NCBI GenBank assembly: GCA_040386535.1
Contig: JAZKFH010000005.1
Span: forward strand, 6,058-70,057
Length of the DNA: 64,000 bases
Source of the DNA: Myxococcota bacterium
Lineage (GTDB): Bacteria; Myxococcota_A; UBA796; SXON01
Direction of reading: 5' to 3'
The notes below the pieces were generated by a model. It was given only the letters and a program-made list of their open reading frames with translations. It was not told where the DNA came from and did not search any database. A program made the position numbers and the translations under genes. This document shows, piece after piece, positions 34,543 through 44,647 of this stretch (the first letter of the stretch is position 1; each line of letters begins with the position of its first letter).

Positions 34543-36318
34543 TTACCCGAGCGCGTCACACAGGCGGCGCACCGACTGGACCACCCAGGGGCCGTCCGCG
34601 CGGGCGTCCAGCGCGGACACCGCACGACCGAGCGCGTCACGGATGTCCACCCCGACGGCCACGAAGCGACGGCTCTCGTCCCCGTGGTGGGCGACAACGC
34701 TGTAGGCCACGTTGACCGCGCCCTGGGTCGGGGTCGGGGCCACCGGAGTGGCGACGCGGACCGGAACCGGCGCGGGGATCGCGACCGACGGGGTCGAGGG
34801 CGCGGGGGTGGAGACCGACGGGCTCGGAGCCACTTGGGTCGCGACCGTGGGGGTGGACGGAGCGGGGGTCGACATGGACGGGGCGGAGACGGGCGCCGGC
34901 GCGGCCGACACACCCTCTTCTTGGGAGCGGCCGCTCGCCGCGGAGATGCCGTGACGGCGGCGGTACTGACGCACGCCTTCGGACGACACATTGGCGAGCG
35001 ACGCCACCTCGGCGTCGGACAACACACCCACGAGGTGGGCGTGCGCGTCGAGCTTGGACCGGCGGTGGCGCACTTCCTTCTCCCCGTCGGCCTGCGCGGC
35101 GGCCGCGGGCTGCGCCGGCACCGACGCCGCCTTGATCGCGGGCGGCGCGGCCACGGCGGCCGCGGCCTTGGCGGCCGAGGACCGACCCGCCGCGGGGATG
35201 CCACGACGGATTCGGTACTGGGTCACCGCGGGCACGGACACGTTCGCCTTCGCGGCGACCTCCGCGTCGGTCAGCTTGCCGACGATGTCGAAGAACGCGT
35301 CGATCGCGGACCGACGGCCCGGCTTGCCCTTGGTGGCCGCGCTCGTGTCGGCGGGGCTGGCCTTGGTAGCCGAGGGAGCGGCCGCGGCCACGACCGTGGC
35401 CTTCTTCGCAGCCTTCGGAGCGGCCGCGGGGGCGGCCGCGCCACCGGACTTGCGATGGCGGAACCCGTCGTACGCGGGCACGCCCAACTTGCGGCGCCAC
35501 GCGCCGATCACCGTACGGTCCACGTTGGCCTGCTCGGCGATGACGTGGTCGGCCACCTTCCCCAGCTGGTCGCGGAAGGCCTCCAACGGATTGGCAGCGT
35601 CGCCCACGGGAGCGGCGGAAGCGGCCACAGGCTCAGGGGCGCGCTCGGGGGCCGGGGTGCGGACAGTCACTTCGTTCATCGCGCCGTCACTCGACGCGCG
35701 GCGACGACGGACCACCTGATCCGCGTCGTTCGCCTTGCCGCGGGGCGCAACCGCGGCCGCCGGCGCCTCGGTCGGCGTGCCACCGCGGGAGGGCGGCGCG
35801 CGACGGAAGGCGGGGATGTCGTGGGCCCGGCGGTAGGCCTTCACGTCGTCGGCGGAGACGCCCGCGAGCGTCGCCACGTCGGCGTCCGGAGCATTTCCCA
35901 GCTTCGCGCGGAAAGGAGCGAGCACGTCCGCGGGGGCCGCGACCGGGGCGGCCTCGGCGGGCTTGGCCTTCGAGGCCGCGGGCTTGGCTGCGGCCTTGGC
36001 AGGCGCGGCCTTCGCAACGGGGGTGGGCTTGCCCGGCTTGGAGGCCTTCGGAGCCTTGCCGGAGGACTTGGCCGGGGCGGGCGACGCGACGGATGCCTTG
36101 GCAGCCACCGGCGACGAGGCGGCGGCGCCGTTCTTGGGCTTGCGCCCGGGCGCCATGGGCGCTTTCGATTGGCCGGCGGCCGCGAGCGCGCTGCGCAGCG
36201 TGTTGGCGCTGGGCCCGAACTTTGCCGAGAGGGCCGCCCAGCTCAACGTGTCCTTTACGGACAGGAGTTCGGGCCACCAGGAAGCGGAGAGGGTGTCGTC
36301 GATCGGGGAGGTGCTCAT
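34543..36318 (-). CDS. Protein with four repeated HTH-like modules and Ala/Lys/Pro-rich linkers
   Basis: Four modules of the form (L/V)GxxxDxx(V/I)AxxAxVxxxx(V/I)xx(Y/W)Rxxxx(I/V)xA, plus a possible N-terminal HTH. Confidence 0.8.
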   Translation of the reverse strand: MSTSPIDDTLSASWWPELLSVKDTLSWAALSAKFGPSANTLRSALAAAGQSKAPMAPGRKPKNGAAASSPVAAKASVASPAPAKSSGKAPKASKPGKPTPVAKAAPAKAAAKPAASKAKPAEAAPVAAPADVLAPFRAKLGNAPDADVATLAGVSADDVKAYRRAHDIPAFRRAPPSRGGTPTEAPAAAVAPRGKANDADQVVRRRRASSDGAMNEVTVRTPAPERAPEPVAASAAPVGDAANPLEAFRDQLGKVADHVIAEQANVDRTVIGAWRRKLGVPAYDGFRHRKSGGAAAPAAAPKAAKKATVVAAAAPSATKASPADTSAATKGKPGRRSAIDAFFDIVGKLTDAEVAAKANVSVPAVTQYRIRRGIPAAGRSSAAKAAAAVAAPPAIKAASVPAQPAAAAQADGEKEVRHRRSKLDAHAHLVGVLSDAEVASLANVSSEGVRQYRRRHGISAASGRSQEEGVSAAPAPVSAPSMSTPAPSTPTVATQVAPSPSVSTPAPSTPSVAIPAPVPVRVATPVAPTPTQGAVNVAYSVVAHHGDESRRFVAVGVDIRDALGRAVSALDARADGPWVVQSVRRLCDALG

Positions 36319-36857
36319 GGCGGCGTTCTATCAGAGCGGTCGCAATTGTGACAGGGGGGATTGGGCGACTGCATGAAATACGTCCGTCGGGGCGCGGCAG
36401 GGGTGGCGGGGGCTGTCGCGGGACCTTGCAAATGATCCATGCTCGTCCTCGATTAAAGCTCATTACAGACACGACGCAGCGTTCTATTGGGACAGTCGCA
36501 TGTGGGTGACGGCGTTCCTGGCGGGCAGGCGCCGCGCCCAGGCGTGACGCGGTCCAGCCGTGCGTGCCGCCCCCCTCCCCCCCCGGACGCCCGAACCCGT
36601 ACGGGACCACCGTCGCCGAGCCGGCGCCCCCTTCCCCGCGCTGACCGCCCGCCGCTGCAATACGCACCGGGGCGCCATCCGCGTCGTATGGCGTCGGAGC
36701 CCGCTCGAACGGTGGGAAATCGCGCCACGGCCCTATGGACGGGGCGGGTCACCCGGTCAAGAAACGGTCAACCATGGTCGGGGGGTGGATCATGGGGGCG
36801 ATCCTCGGGCACATGAGGGGCCACGGCAACGCCCAACTCTACTTCTGGGGATCCCCA

Positions 36858-39464
36858 TTGCGCCTCACTGTGCTCGCCCTTTTCCTGTCCATCGGTTGCA
36901 GGCCCGCTGACGACGAAGCGAAGGACACCGGCGAGGTCGCCGACACCGACACCGACACCGATACCGACACGGACACCGACACCGACACCGACACCGATAC
37001 CGACACGGACACGGACACGGACATCCCCGCGGACGAGGACGACGACGGGTACACCCCCGACGACGGGGACTGCGACGACGCCGACGCCAACGTCTTTCCC
37101 GGGGCCCTCGAGACGTGCGACGGGATCGACAACAACTGCGACACGGCCGTAGACGAGGGGGTCACCACCACGTTCTACGCCGACCTCGATCTGGACGGGT
37201 ACGGGGCCGACGGCGCCGGGGTACCCACGTGCGAGCTCCCCGAGGGGTACGTCACCGTGGCCGGCGACTGTGACGATACGAATGCCAGCGTCCTGCCGGG
37301 CGGCACCGAGGTGTGCAACGGCGTGGACGACGATTGCGACGGGGTGGTCGATCCGGCGACCGCGCTCGACGCACGCGACTGGTATGCGGACACCGACACG
37401 GACGGATACGGCGACCTCGCCGACGTGGTCCTGGCGTGCGACGCCACGGACGGCCGGGTGGACGTGGCGGGCGACTGTGACGACACCGACGCCGCGTTCA
37501 ACCCCGCGGCGGCGGAAGACGACTGCACGGATCCGTCGGATTACAACTGCGACGGCTCCGTCGGCTTCACCGACGCCGATGCCGACGGTTCGGCGGCGTG
37601 CGCGGACTGCGACGATGCCGACGCGAACGTATTCCCCGGCGGCGTCGAGCTCTGCAACGGGATCGACGACGACTGCGACGGCGATGTCGACCCCGCCGAC
37701 GCGGACGACGCGGGCACGTTCTACGCCGACGGGGATCTCGACGGATACGGGGATGGGTCGGTGATGGTCACGGCGTGCGTCGCCGAGCCCGGATGGTCGG
37801 CGAGCAGCGATGACTGTGACGACACGGACACCCGCTTCCACCCCGGCGCGGACGAATCGGACTGCACGGACGCAAACGACTACAATTGCGACGGCTCCGT
37901 GAGCTTTGCCGACGTGGACGCGGACGGCTTCGCGGCGTGCAGCGAGTGCGACGACGCCGACGCCGACGTGAACCCCGGCGCGGTCGAGGTCTGCAACGAT
38001 CGGGACGACGACTGTGACGGGAACGTGGACGAGGCCGACGCCGCCGACACGACCACCTGGTACGCGGACGCCGACGGCGACCGCGCCGGCGACCCCGCCT
38101 CCAGCCTGACCGCTTGTTTCGCGCCCACCGGCTACGTGGCCGACGCCTCCGATTGTGACCCGGGGAACCCCTCCATCTTTCCCGGCGCCGCCGAGGTGTG
38201 CGGCGGCTTCGACGACGACTGTGACGGCGCCATCGACGAGGGAGCCGGCACCGCCTGGTACGGCGACGCGGACGCCGACGGCTGGGGCACCCCGGTGTCC
38301 AGTGTCGTGACGTGTGATGCCCCCGTGGGGACCGTTGCGAACGCCGCGGATTGTGACGACACGGACGGCGCGGTGAACCCCGCCGCGCGGGAGGTGTGCG
38401 ACGCCCGCGATCAGGATTGCGACGGCCTCGTGGACGATCGCCCCATCGACGGCGCGACCTGGTACGCCGACGTGGACGCGGACTCGCGCGGCGATGCCAC
38501 CCGGTTCCTCGCCGCGTGCGAGGCACCCGCCGGCTACGTCGCGGACGCGCGCGACTGTGACGACACCGACCCCAGCGTGAGCCCCGACATGCCCGAGGTG
38601 TGTGGGGGCGCGGACGAGGACTGTGACGGCGTGGTGGACGAATTCGGCGCGACCGGCGCGTCGTACTTCTACGGCGACGCGGACGCCGACGGCTTCGGCG
38701 ACAGGACGGTCACCGTGTATGGGTGCTCCGGCCCCGCCGGTTATGCCGACAACGGCTTCGATTGCGACGACACGGATGCCGGGCGCTCCCCCGGCGTCGC
38801 CGAGGTGTGCAACGGCCTCGACGACAACTGCAACACCGCGGTCGACGACGGCGCGTCGGACGCCACGCTCTCCTTCCCCGACCTCGACGGGGACGGTGTG
38901 GGCGCGGGCCCCCCGTCCGTCGCGTGTGAGACCCCCGAGGGCTACGTGACGCGGGGCGGCGACTGCGCCGGTGACGACGCCACGATCTACCCGGGCGCCG
39001 CCGAGGTGTGTGACGACGGCATCGACCAGGACTGCAACCTCGCCGTCGACGACGGCGCGGTCTGCTACGGATGCGCGCTCTACAGCGGCTACCTCGTCTG
39101 TACGGACGAGGTGGATTGGGACACCGCCGTGTCGATCTGCGACGTGTTCGGCCAGGAGCTCGTGACCATCGAGGATTCCGTCGAGAACGCGATCGTGGCC
39201 GCCGCCGCCACGTCCGCCGGCGCGAGCGACGGCGCCTGGATCGGTGTCACCGACCTCACCACGGAGGGCACCTGGGTGTGGCAGGAGGGCACCGCCGCCA
39301 CCTACACGGCGTGGGCTGTCGGGCAGCCGGACAACGACGAGGCCGCGGAGCACTGCGGCGGCACCAACTTCGCCACGGAGGGCGAGTGGAACGACTACCG
39401 CTGCGACTCCACGCTGCCGTTCGTTTGTGAGCGCGCGCCGGTGGTCGAGGAGCCCGCCGAGTAG
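36858..39464 (+). CDS. Lipoprotein with (DT)n linker, about 11 MopE-related Cys/Asp metal-binding repeats and C-terminal C-type lectin
   Basis: Likely TTG start 36858 (LRLTVLALFLSIGC); DCDDxDxxxxPGAxExCNGxDDDCDG repeats; WIG, WVW, QPD, EHC, WND..C..LPFVCE. Confidence 0.88.
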   Translation: MRLTVLALFLSIGCRPADDEAKDTGEVADTDTDTDTDTDTDTDTDTDTDTDTDTDIPADEDDDGYTPDDGDCDDADANVFPGALETCDGIDNNCDTAVDEGVTTTFYADLDLDGYGADGAGVPTCELPEGYVTVAGDCDDTNASVLPGGTEVCNGVDDDCDGVVDPATALDARDWYADTDTDGYGDLADVVLACDATDGRVDVAGDCDDTDAAFNPAAAEDDCTDPSDYNCDGSVGFTDADADGSAACADCDDADANVFPGGVELCNGIDDDCDGDVDPADADDAGTFYADGDLDGYGDGSVMVTACVAEPGWSASSDDCDDTDTRFHPGADESDCTDANDYNCDGSVSFADVDADGFAACSECDDADADVNPGAVEVCNDRDDDCDGNVDEADAADTTTWYADADGDRAGDPASSLTACFAPTGYVADASDCDPGNPSIFPGAAEVCGGFDDDCDGAIDEGAGTAWYGDADADGWGTPVSSVVTCDAPVGTVANAADCDDTDGAVNPAAREVCDARDQDCDGLVDDRPIDGATWYADVDADSRGDATRFLAACEAPAGYVADARDCDDTDPSVSPDMPEVCGGADEDCDGVVDEFGATGASYFYGDADADGFGDRTVTVYGCSGPAGYADNGFDCDDTDAGRSPGVAEVCNGLDDNCNTAVDDGASDATLSFPDLDGDGVGAGPPSVACETPEGYVTRGGDCAGDDATIYPGAAEVCDDGIDQDCNLAVDDGAVCYGCALYSGYLVCTDEVDWDTAVSICDVFGQELVTIEDSVENAIVAAAATSAGASDGAWIGVTDLTTEGTWVWQEGTAATYTAWAVGQPDNDEAAEHCGGTNFATEGEWNDYRCDSTLPFVCERAPVVEEPAE

Positions 39465-39550
39465 CGCGGGACAAGCGCTGGGGGGCGTGGCGCTGCGGGG
39501 CCGCGCCTCCCCCGACCGTGGCCGCCCCCACAGCACCTACCCTGAAACCG

Positions 39551-39590
39551 ACAACCGCCCGCCCAGCCGTGAGGCCGAGCGGGCGGTCGT
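39551..39590 (-). terminator. Hairpin downstream of tRNA (possibly bidirectional terminator)
   Basis: Minus strand acgaccgcccgctcggcc-tcac-ggctgggcgggcggttgt, 18-bp stem with G-U pairs; weak U tail. Confidence 0.6.
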
Positions 39591-39598
39591 TGAGGGGA

Positions 39599-39675
39599 TG
39601 GTGGCTTCGGTGGGACTTGAACCTACGACACCGCGGGTATGAACCGCGTGCTCTAACCAACTGAGCTACGAAGCC
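39599..39675 (-). tRNA. tRNA-Met (CAT), elongator-like
   Basis: GGCTTCG TAGCTCAGTTGGTTAGAGC ACGCGG TTCATAC CCGCG ... GGTTCAAGTCC ... CGAAGCC ACCA; encoded CCA. Ile2 not fully excluded. Confidence 0.92.
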
Positions 39676-39887
39676 ATCGCGGCGCCTACTAATCAGCCCC
39701 CGCGCGGGGAGCAAGGGTCTGCCGCGACGGAAGCCACCAGATTCCGATTCTCCCCGTTCGACCGACCTCATTCCAACACCCCCGGCGCGGCTTCCCCCGC
39801 GCCCCGCCGATCCCGGAAGTCCGCGGCCCGCCCGGCGGTTGACTCCGTCCCCCGGATCAATAGAATCGGCGACCCTTAGGAGACCCC

Positions 39888-41204
39888 GTGCGCATCGCCA
39901 CCGTCCTGCTCACCACGTTCCTGGCCGCGTGCGGCGGCGGAAGCTCCGACACGAAGGAGATCGTCATCGGGCAGTACGGCTCCCTCTCCGGCGGCGCCGC
40001 CACGTTCGGCTCGTCGACCAAGAACGGGATCGAGATCGCCACCGAGGAGCAGAACGCGGCGGGCGGCATCGCCGGCACGCCCATCCGCATGGTCGTCGAG
40101 GACGATCGTTCGATGCCCGAGGAAGCGGCCACGGCCGTCAACAAGCTGCTCTCGCGCGACCGTCCGGTCGCGATCCTGGGCGAGGTCGCCTCCTCCTCCT
40201 CGCTCGCCGCCGCGCCCCTCGCGCAGGCCGCCGGCGTCCCCATGATCTCGCCCTCCTCCACCTCCGTGAAGGTCACGCAGGTGGGCGACTACATCTTCCG
40301 CGTCTGCTTCATCGACCCGTTCCAGGGCACGGCGGCGGCGCAGTTCGCCTACAACACGAAGGGCGTGCGCACGGTCGCGGTCCTCACCGACGTGAAGAGC
40401 GACTACTCGGTCGGCCTCGCGCAGTACTTCAAGCAGACCTTCACGAGCCTCGGCGGCACGATCATCGCGGAAGAGGCCTACGCGGCCAACGACCTCGACT
40501 TCAAGGCCCAGATCACGAACATCGTGTCCAAGGCTCCCGACGCCATCTTCATCCCCGGGTACTACACGGAGACCGGGCTCATCGCCCGCCAGGCGCGGGA
40601 CTCCGGGTACAAGGGCATCCTGCTCGGCGGCGACGGCTGGGACTCCGACAAGCTCGTCGAGATCGGGCAGGACGCGATCGTCGGCAGCTTCTACACGAAC
40701 CACTACTCGGTCGACGACCCGAGCCCCGTCGTGCAGGACTTCATCAAGAAGTACCAGGCGAAGTACGGCGCCAAGCCCGACGGCCTCGCCGCGCTTGGCT
40801 ACGACTCGGCCAAGATCCTCTACCAGGCCATGACCGAGGTCGCGAAGGACCCCGCGCACGCCGCCGCCTTCGCCGACCGCTCCGCCGTCCCCGCCACCGA
40901 GGGCGCCCGCAAGGCCGCGCGCGCCGCGCTCCGCGACGAGCTGGCCGGCGTGAAGGGCTTTCCCGGCGTGACCGGCACGATCACCATCGACAAGGATCGC
41001 AACGCGGAGAAGCCCGCGGTGGTCGTCGAGGTCACGAAGGACGGCCCCCGCTTCGTCGAGTCCATCGCGCCGGGCGGCCCCGCGGCCCCCGCGCCGGTCG
41101 ACGGCGCCGCGCCGGCTGCCACCGAGGGCGCCACCGCCCCCGTCCCGGCCGAAGGCGCCGCCGCCACCCCGCCCGCCGAGGGCGCCGCGCCCGCTGCCAA
41201 GTAG
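39888..41204 (+). CDS. livK: Branched-chain amino acid ABC transporter substrate-binding lipoprotein
   Basis: LAACGG lipobox, LSGGAATFG, AILGEVASSSS, YIFRVCFIDPFQG, GGDGW, ALGYD; AGGAG RBS. Confidence 0.9.
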   Translation: MRIATVLLTTFLAACGGGSSDTKEIVIGQYGSLSGGAATFGSSTKNGIEIATEEQNAAGGIAGTPIRMVVEDDRSMPEEAATAVNKLLSRDRPVAILGEVASSSSLAAAPLAQAAGVPMISPSSTSVKVTQVGDYIFRVCFIDPFQGTAAAQFAYNTKGVRTVAVLTDVKSDYSVGLAQYFKQTFTSLGGTIIAEEAYAANDLDFKAQITNIVSKAPDAIFIPGYYTETGLIARQARDSGYKGILLGGDGWDSDKLVEIGQDAIVGSFYTNHYSVDDPSPVVQDFIKKYQAKYGAKPDGLAALGYDSAKILYQAMTEVAKDPAHAAAFADRSAVPATEGARKAARAALRDELAGVKGFPGVTGTITIDKDRNAEKPAVVVEVTKDGPRFVESIAPGGPAAPAPVDGAAPAATEGATAPVPAEGAAATPPAEGAAPAAK

Positions 41205-41207
41205 TCC

Positions 41208-42107
41208 GTGACCCTCTTTCTCCAGCAGCTGATCAACGGGCTGTCGTTGGGCGCGATCTATGCCTTGATCGCGCTCGGCTACACCATGGTCTACGGCACG
41301 CTCCAGCTCATCAACTTCGCCCACGGCGAGGTGTACATGATGGGCGCCTTCGCGGCGTTGTACCTGGCCCGGCTGCTGGGGGTCGACACCGATCCGACCA
41401 TCCCCGGCGTCATCGTCGTCGCGGTCGGGGCGATGGGCTTCTGCGCGGTGCTCGGCATGACGATCGAGCGCGTCGCCTACCGGCCGCTCCGGGGCTCCTC
41501 CCGCCTGAACATGCTGATCACCGCGATCGGCGTGTCCCTGCTCCTCCAGAACGTCGGCCTGCTCGCGTTCGGCGCGCTCCAGAGCTTCCCGTCGCTGCTC
41601 CCCGAGAAGCAGTGGCAGCTGGCCGAGGGGCTCGCGCTGCGCAGCCAGGACGTGCTCACCTTCAGCGTCACCATCGCGCTGATGCTCGGGCTGCACCACA
41701 TCGTCGAGCGCACGCAGATCGGCCGGGCCATGCGCGCCGTGAGCCACTCGCGAGACACCGCCGCGCTCATGGGCATCCCGGTCGACCGCGTGGTGTCCTT
41801 CACCTTCGCCATCGGCTCGATCCTCGCGGGCGCGGCCGCGCTGCTCATCGCGCTCGACAAGCACACGATCCGCCCCGACATGGGCATGACGGGGGGCCTG
41901 AAGGCCTTCGTGGCCGCGGTGCTGGGCGGCATCGGGAGCATCCCGGGCGCGGTGGCGGGCGGGCTCCTGCTCGGCCTCGCGGAGACCTTCGTGAGCGGCT
42001 ACCTCGCCTCCACCTACCGCGACGCCATCGCGTTCCTGCTCCTCATCGGCATCCTCCTGTACAAGCCCACGGGCCTGTTCGGGAAGCCGACCGTGGAGAA
42101 GGTCTGA
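41208..42107 (+). CDS. livH: BCAA ABC transporter permease
   Basis: QQLINGLSLGAIYALIALGYTMVYG..INFAHGE; GRAMRAVS; KAFVAAVLGGIGS. Confidence 0.95.
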   Translation: MTLFLQQLINGLSLGAIYALIALGYTMVYGTLQLINFAHGEVYMMGAFAALYLARLLGVDTDPTIPGVIVVAVGAMGFCAVLGMTIERVAYRPLRGSSRLNMLITAIGVSLLLQNVGLLAFGALQSFPSLLPEKQWQLAEGLALRSQDVLTFSVTIALMLGLHHIVERTQIGRAMRAVSHSRDTAALMGIPVDRVVSFTFAIGSILAGAAALLIALDKHTIRPDMGMTGGLKAFVAAVLGGIGSIPGAVAGGLLLGLAETFVSGYLASTYRDAIAFLLLIGILLYKPTGLFGKPTVEKV

Positions 42108-43099
42108 TGGCCGGCCCCGTCGGCGTCCCGGGCGGCATCCCCGTCGGTGTCCGGCCACGCGGCCCCCTGCTCGGCTACGCCCTGTTCGCCGTCGCCGTCG
42201 GCGCGGTGTGGGCGCTCGACGTGTACGCCGTCCCGTGGACCGACCCGTACCTCACCGACATCGTCATCCGCATCGGCATGGCGCTGCTGGCCGTGATGGG
42301 CCTCGCGCTCGTGCTCGGCTTCACGGGTCAGTTCAGCCTCGGCCACGCAGGGTTCATGGCGGTGGGCGCCTACAGCGCCGCGATGATGACGCTCCACTCG
42401 GGCCTCCACCCGATGATCGGCGTGCTCGTGGGCGGGTTCGCGGCGGCCCTCGCCGGGGTCGTGGTGGGGCTCCCGAGCCTCCGCCTGACCGGCGACTACC
42501 TCGCGGTCGTCACGCTCGGCTTCAACGGCATCATCATCGTCGTCATCCAGAACACCGCCGTGCTCGGCGGCGCCGCGGGCCTCACGGGGCTCCCCGTGGC
42601 GACCACCTTCGGGTGGACCTTCACCTGGGTGCTCCTCGGCGGCCTCTTCATCCGCAACCTGCTCGCCAGCGCCCACGGCCGCGTGTTCGAGGCGGTGCGC
42701 GACAACGAGATCGCCCTGCGCTCGCTCGGCGTCGACACGACGAAGGCCAAGGTCACCGCGTTCGTGATCGGCGCCTTCTGGGCAGGCATCGCGGGCGGGC
42801 TGCTCGCGCATTACCGCGCGTCGATCTTTCCCAGCCAGTTCCAGTTCGAGCGCTCCATCGAGCTGCTCGCCATGGTCGTGCTCGGCGGCACCGGGTCCCT
42901 CTCCGGGCCGCTCCTCTCCGCGGCCGTGCTCACCGCGCTGCCCGAGCTCCTCCGGCCCGTCGCCGAATACCGCATGGTCATCTACTCCCTGCTGCTCATC
43001 GGCATGATGATCCTCCGGCCCAAGGGCCTGCTCGGCGGCAAGGAGCTCACCGACCTGTTCCGCCGGCGCCCCGCCCCGGCCAAGAAGGCGGCGGCATGA
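42107..43099 (+). CDS. livM: BCAA ABC transporter permease
   Basis: ATG overlaps livH stop; GFTGQFSLGHAGFMAVGAY, LRLTGDYLA, RDNEIA, MVVLGG. Confidence 0.95.
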   Translation: MAGPVGVPGGIPVGVRPRGPLLGYALFAVAVGAVWALDVYAVPWTDPYLTDIVIRIGMALLAVMGLALVLGFTGQFSLGHAGFMAVGAYSAAMMTLHSGLHPMIGVLVGGFAAALAGVVVGLPSLRLTGDYLAVVTLGFNGIIIVVIQNTAVLGGAAGLTGLPVATTFGWTFTWVLLGGLFIRNLLASAHGRVFEAVRDNEIALRSLGVDTTKAKVTAFVIGAFWAGIAGGLLAHYRASIFPSQFQFERSIELLAMVVLGGTGSLSGPLLSAAVLTALPELLRPVAEYRMVIYSLLLIGMMILRPKGLLGGKELTDLFRRRPAPAKKAAA

Positions 43100-43875
43100 C
43101 CCTCCTCGCGCTCGAGAAGGCCGGGATCCGCTTCGGTGGCCTGCGCGCGGTGTCCGACCTCGACCTGTCCGTGCCCGAAGGCGCGCTCTACGGCCTCATC
43201 GGACCGAACGGCGCTGGGAAGACGACGGTGTTCAACCTCATCACCGGTATCTACCTGCCGACCGAGGGCGACATCCGCTTCCAGGGCAAGACCCTCGTGG
43301 GCCTGGGACCCACGCGCATCGCCGCCGCCGGCATCGGCCGCACGTTCCAGAACATCCGCCTGTTCGCCGGCCTCTCCGTGCTCGACAACGTGAAGGTCGC
43401 GTTCCACCGGCACCTGCACGCCACGCTGTTCGAGGCCGTGCTCCGGGCGCCCCGCTACCTCGCCGACGAGGCCCGTGCGGAGGACGAGGCGCGCAAGCTC
43501 CTCGACACCTTCGGGCTGCTCCCGATGGCCGATCTCGGCGCGGACAACCTCCCCTACGGCCTGCGCCGTCGGCTGGAGATCGCGCGCGCGCTCGCGACAA
43601 AACCCAAGCTCCTCCTCCTGGACGAGCCCGCCGCCGGCATGAACCCCTCCGAGGCCGAGGAGCTCATGCACCTCATCCGCTGGGTGCGGGAAACGTTCGG
43701 CGTCACCATCCTGCTCATCGAGCACCACATGGCCGTCGTCATGGGCATCTGCGAGCGCATCACCGTGCTCGATCACGGCGCGCGCATCGCCGAGGGCACG
43801 CCCGACGAGATCCGCAAGGATCCCGTGGTGATCGAGGCCTACCTGGGCACGGACGTGCACCAGGAGACCGCGTGA
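43096..43875 (+). CDS. livG: BCAA ABC transporter ATP-binding protein
   Basis: ATG 43096; GPNGAGKTT, RTFQNIRLF, LLDEPAAG, IEH, VIEAYLG. Confidence 0.95.
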   Translation: MTLLALEKAGIRFGGLRAVSDLDLSVPEGALYGLIGPNGAGKTTVFNLITGIYLPTEGDIRFQGKTLVGLGPTRIAAAGIGRTFQNIRLFAGLSVLDNVKVAFHRHLHATLFEAVLRAPRYLADEARAEDEARKLLDTFGLLPMADLGADNLPYGLRRRLEIARALATKPKLLLLDEPAAGMNPSEAEELMHLIRWVRETFGVTILLIEHHMAVVMGICERITVLDHGARIAEGTPDEIRKDPVVIEAYLGTDVHQETA

Positions 43876-44612
43876 GCGGCGCGGGGACGAACGCCCCTCC
43901 GAAGAACGCCCTGGAGGTCCGCGGGCTCGACGTCTGGTACGGCCAGATCCACGCACTCCACGGGGTCGACCTCGATGTCGAGCGTGGCCGCATCACCACG
44001 CTCCTCGGCGCCAACGGCGCTGGGAAGACGACGCTCCTGCGCACCGTGTCCGGGCTCGTGAAGGCGAAGGGCGGGACCATCAGCCTCGACGGCGCGCCGA
44101 TCACGCGTCTCGAACCCCACAAGATCGTGTCGGCGGGCATCTCCCACTCGCCCGAGGGCCGCCAGGTGTTCCCCAACCTCACGGTGCGGGAGAACCTCCA
44201 GCTCGGCGCCTGGATCCGCACCGACAAGGCCGGCATCGCCGCTGACGTCGACCGCATCGTGAAGATCTGGCCCCGCCTCGGCGAGCGCATGGCGCAGCTC
44301 TCCGGCACCCTCTCCGGCGGCGAGCAGCAGATGCTCGCGATCGGCCGCGCGATGATGTCGCGCCCCAAGGTGCTCCTGCTGGACGAGCCCTCCCTGGGCC
44401 TCGCGCCGGTCATCGTCGCCGGCATCTTCGAGACCATCCAGGCCATCAACGCCGAGGGCGTCACCGTCCTTCTGGTCGAGCAGAACGCGCACCTCGCGCT
44501 CCGCATCGCGCACACCGGCTACGTCCTCGAGACCGGCAGCATCAAGCAGTCGGGCCCCGCCAAGGAGCTGCTCGACGACGACGCGATCCGGGCCGCCTAC
44601 CTCGGCGGCTGA
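43872..44612 (+). CDS. livF: BCAA ABC transporter ATP-binding protein
   Basis: GANGAGKTT, PEGRQVF, LSGGEQQM, DEPSLGLAP, VEQN. Confidence 0.95.
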   Translation: MSGAGTNAPPKNALEVRGLDVWYGQIHALHGVDLDVERGRITTLLGANGAGKTTLLRTVSGLVKAKGGTISLDGAPITRLEPHKIVSAGISHSPEGRQVFPNLTVRENLQLGAWIRTDKAGIAADVDRIVKIWPRLGERMAQLSGTLSGGEQQMLAIGRAMMSRPKVLLLDEPSLGLAPVIVAGIFETIQAINAEGVTVLLVEQNAHLALRIAHTGYVLETGSIKQSGPAKELLDDDAIRAAYLGG

Positions 44613-44647
44613 GCGGGCGCGCCCGTCCCTGAACCGACGCGAACGGG

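Noticed and set aside
39599..39675. tRNA as an integration site
   Set aside because: No duplicated tRNA 3' end and no integrase seen.
41060..41204. Pro/Ala repeat tail on LivK
   Set aside because: Ordinary low-complexity extension with no evidence of separate function.
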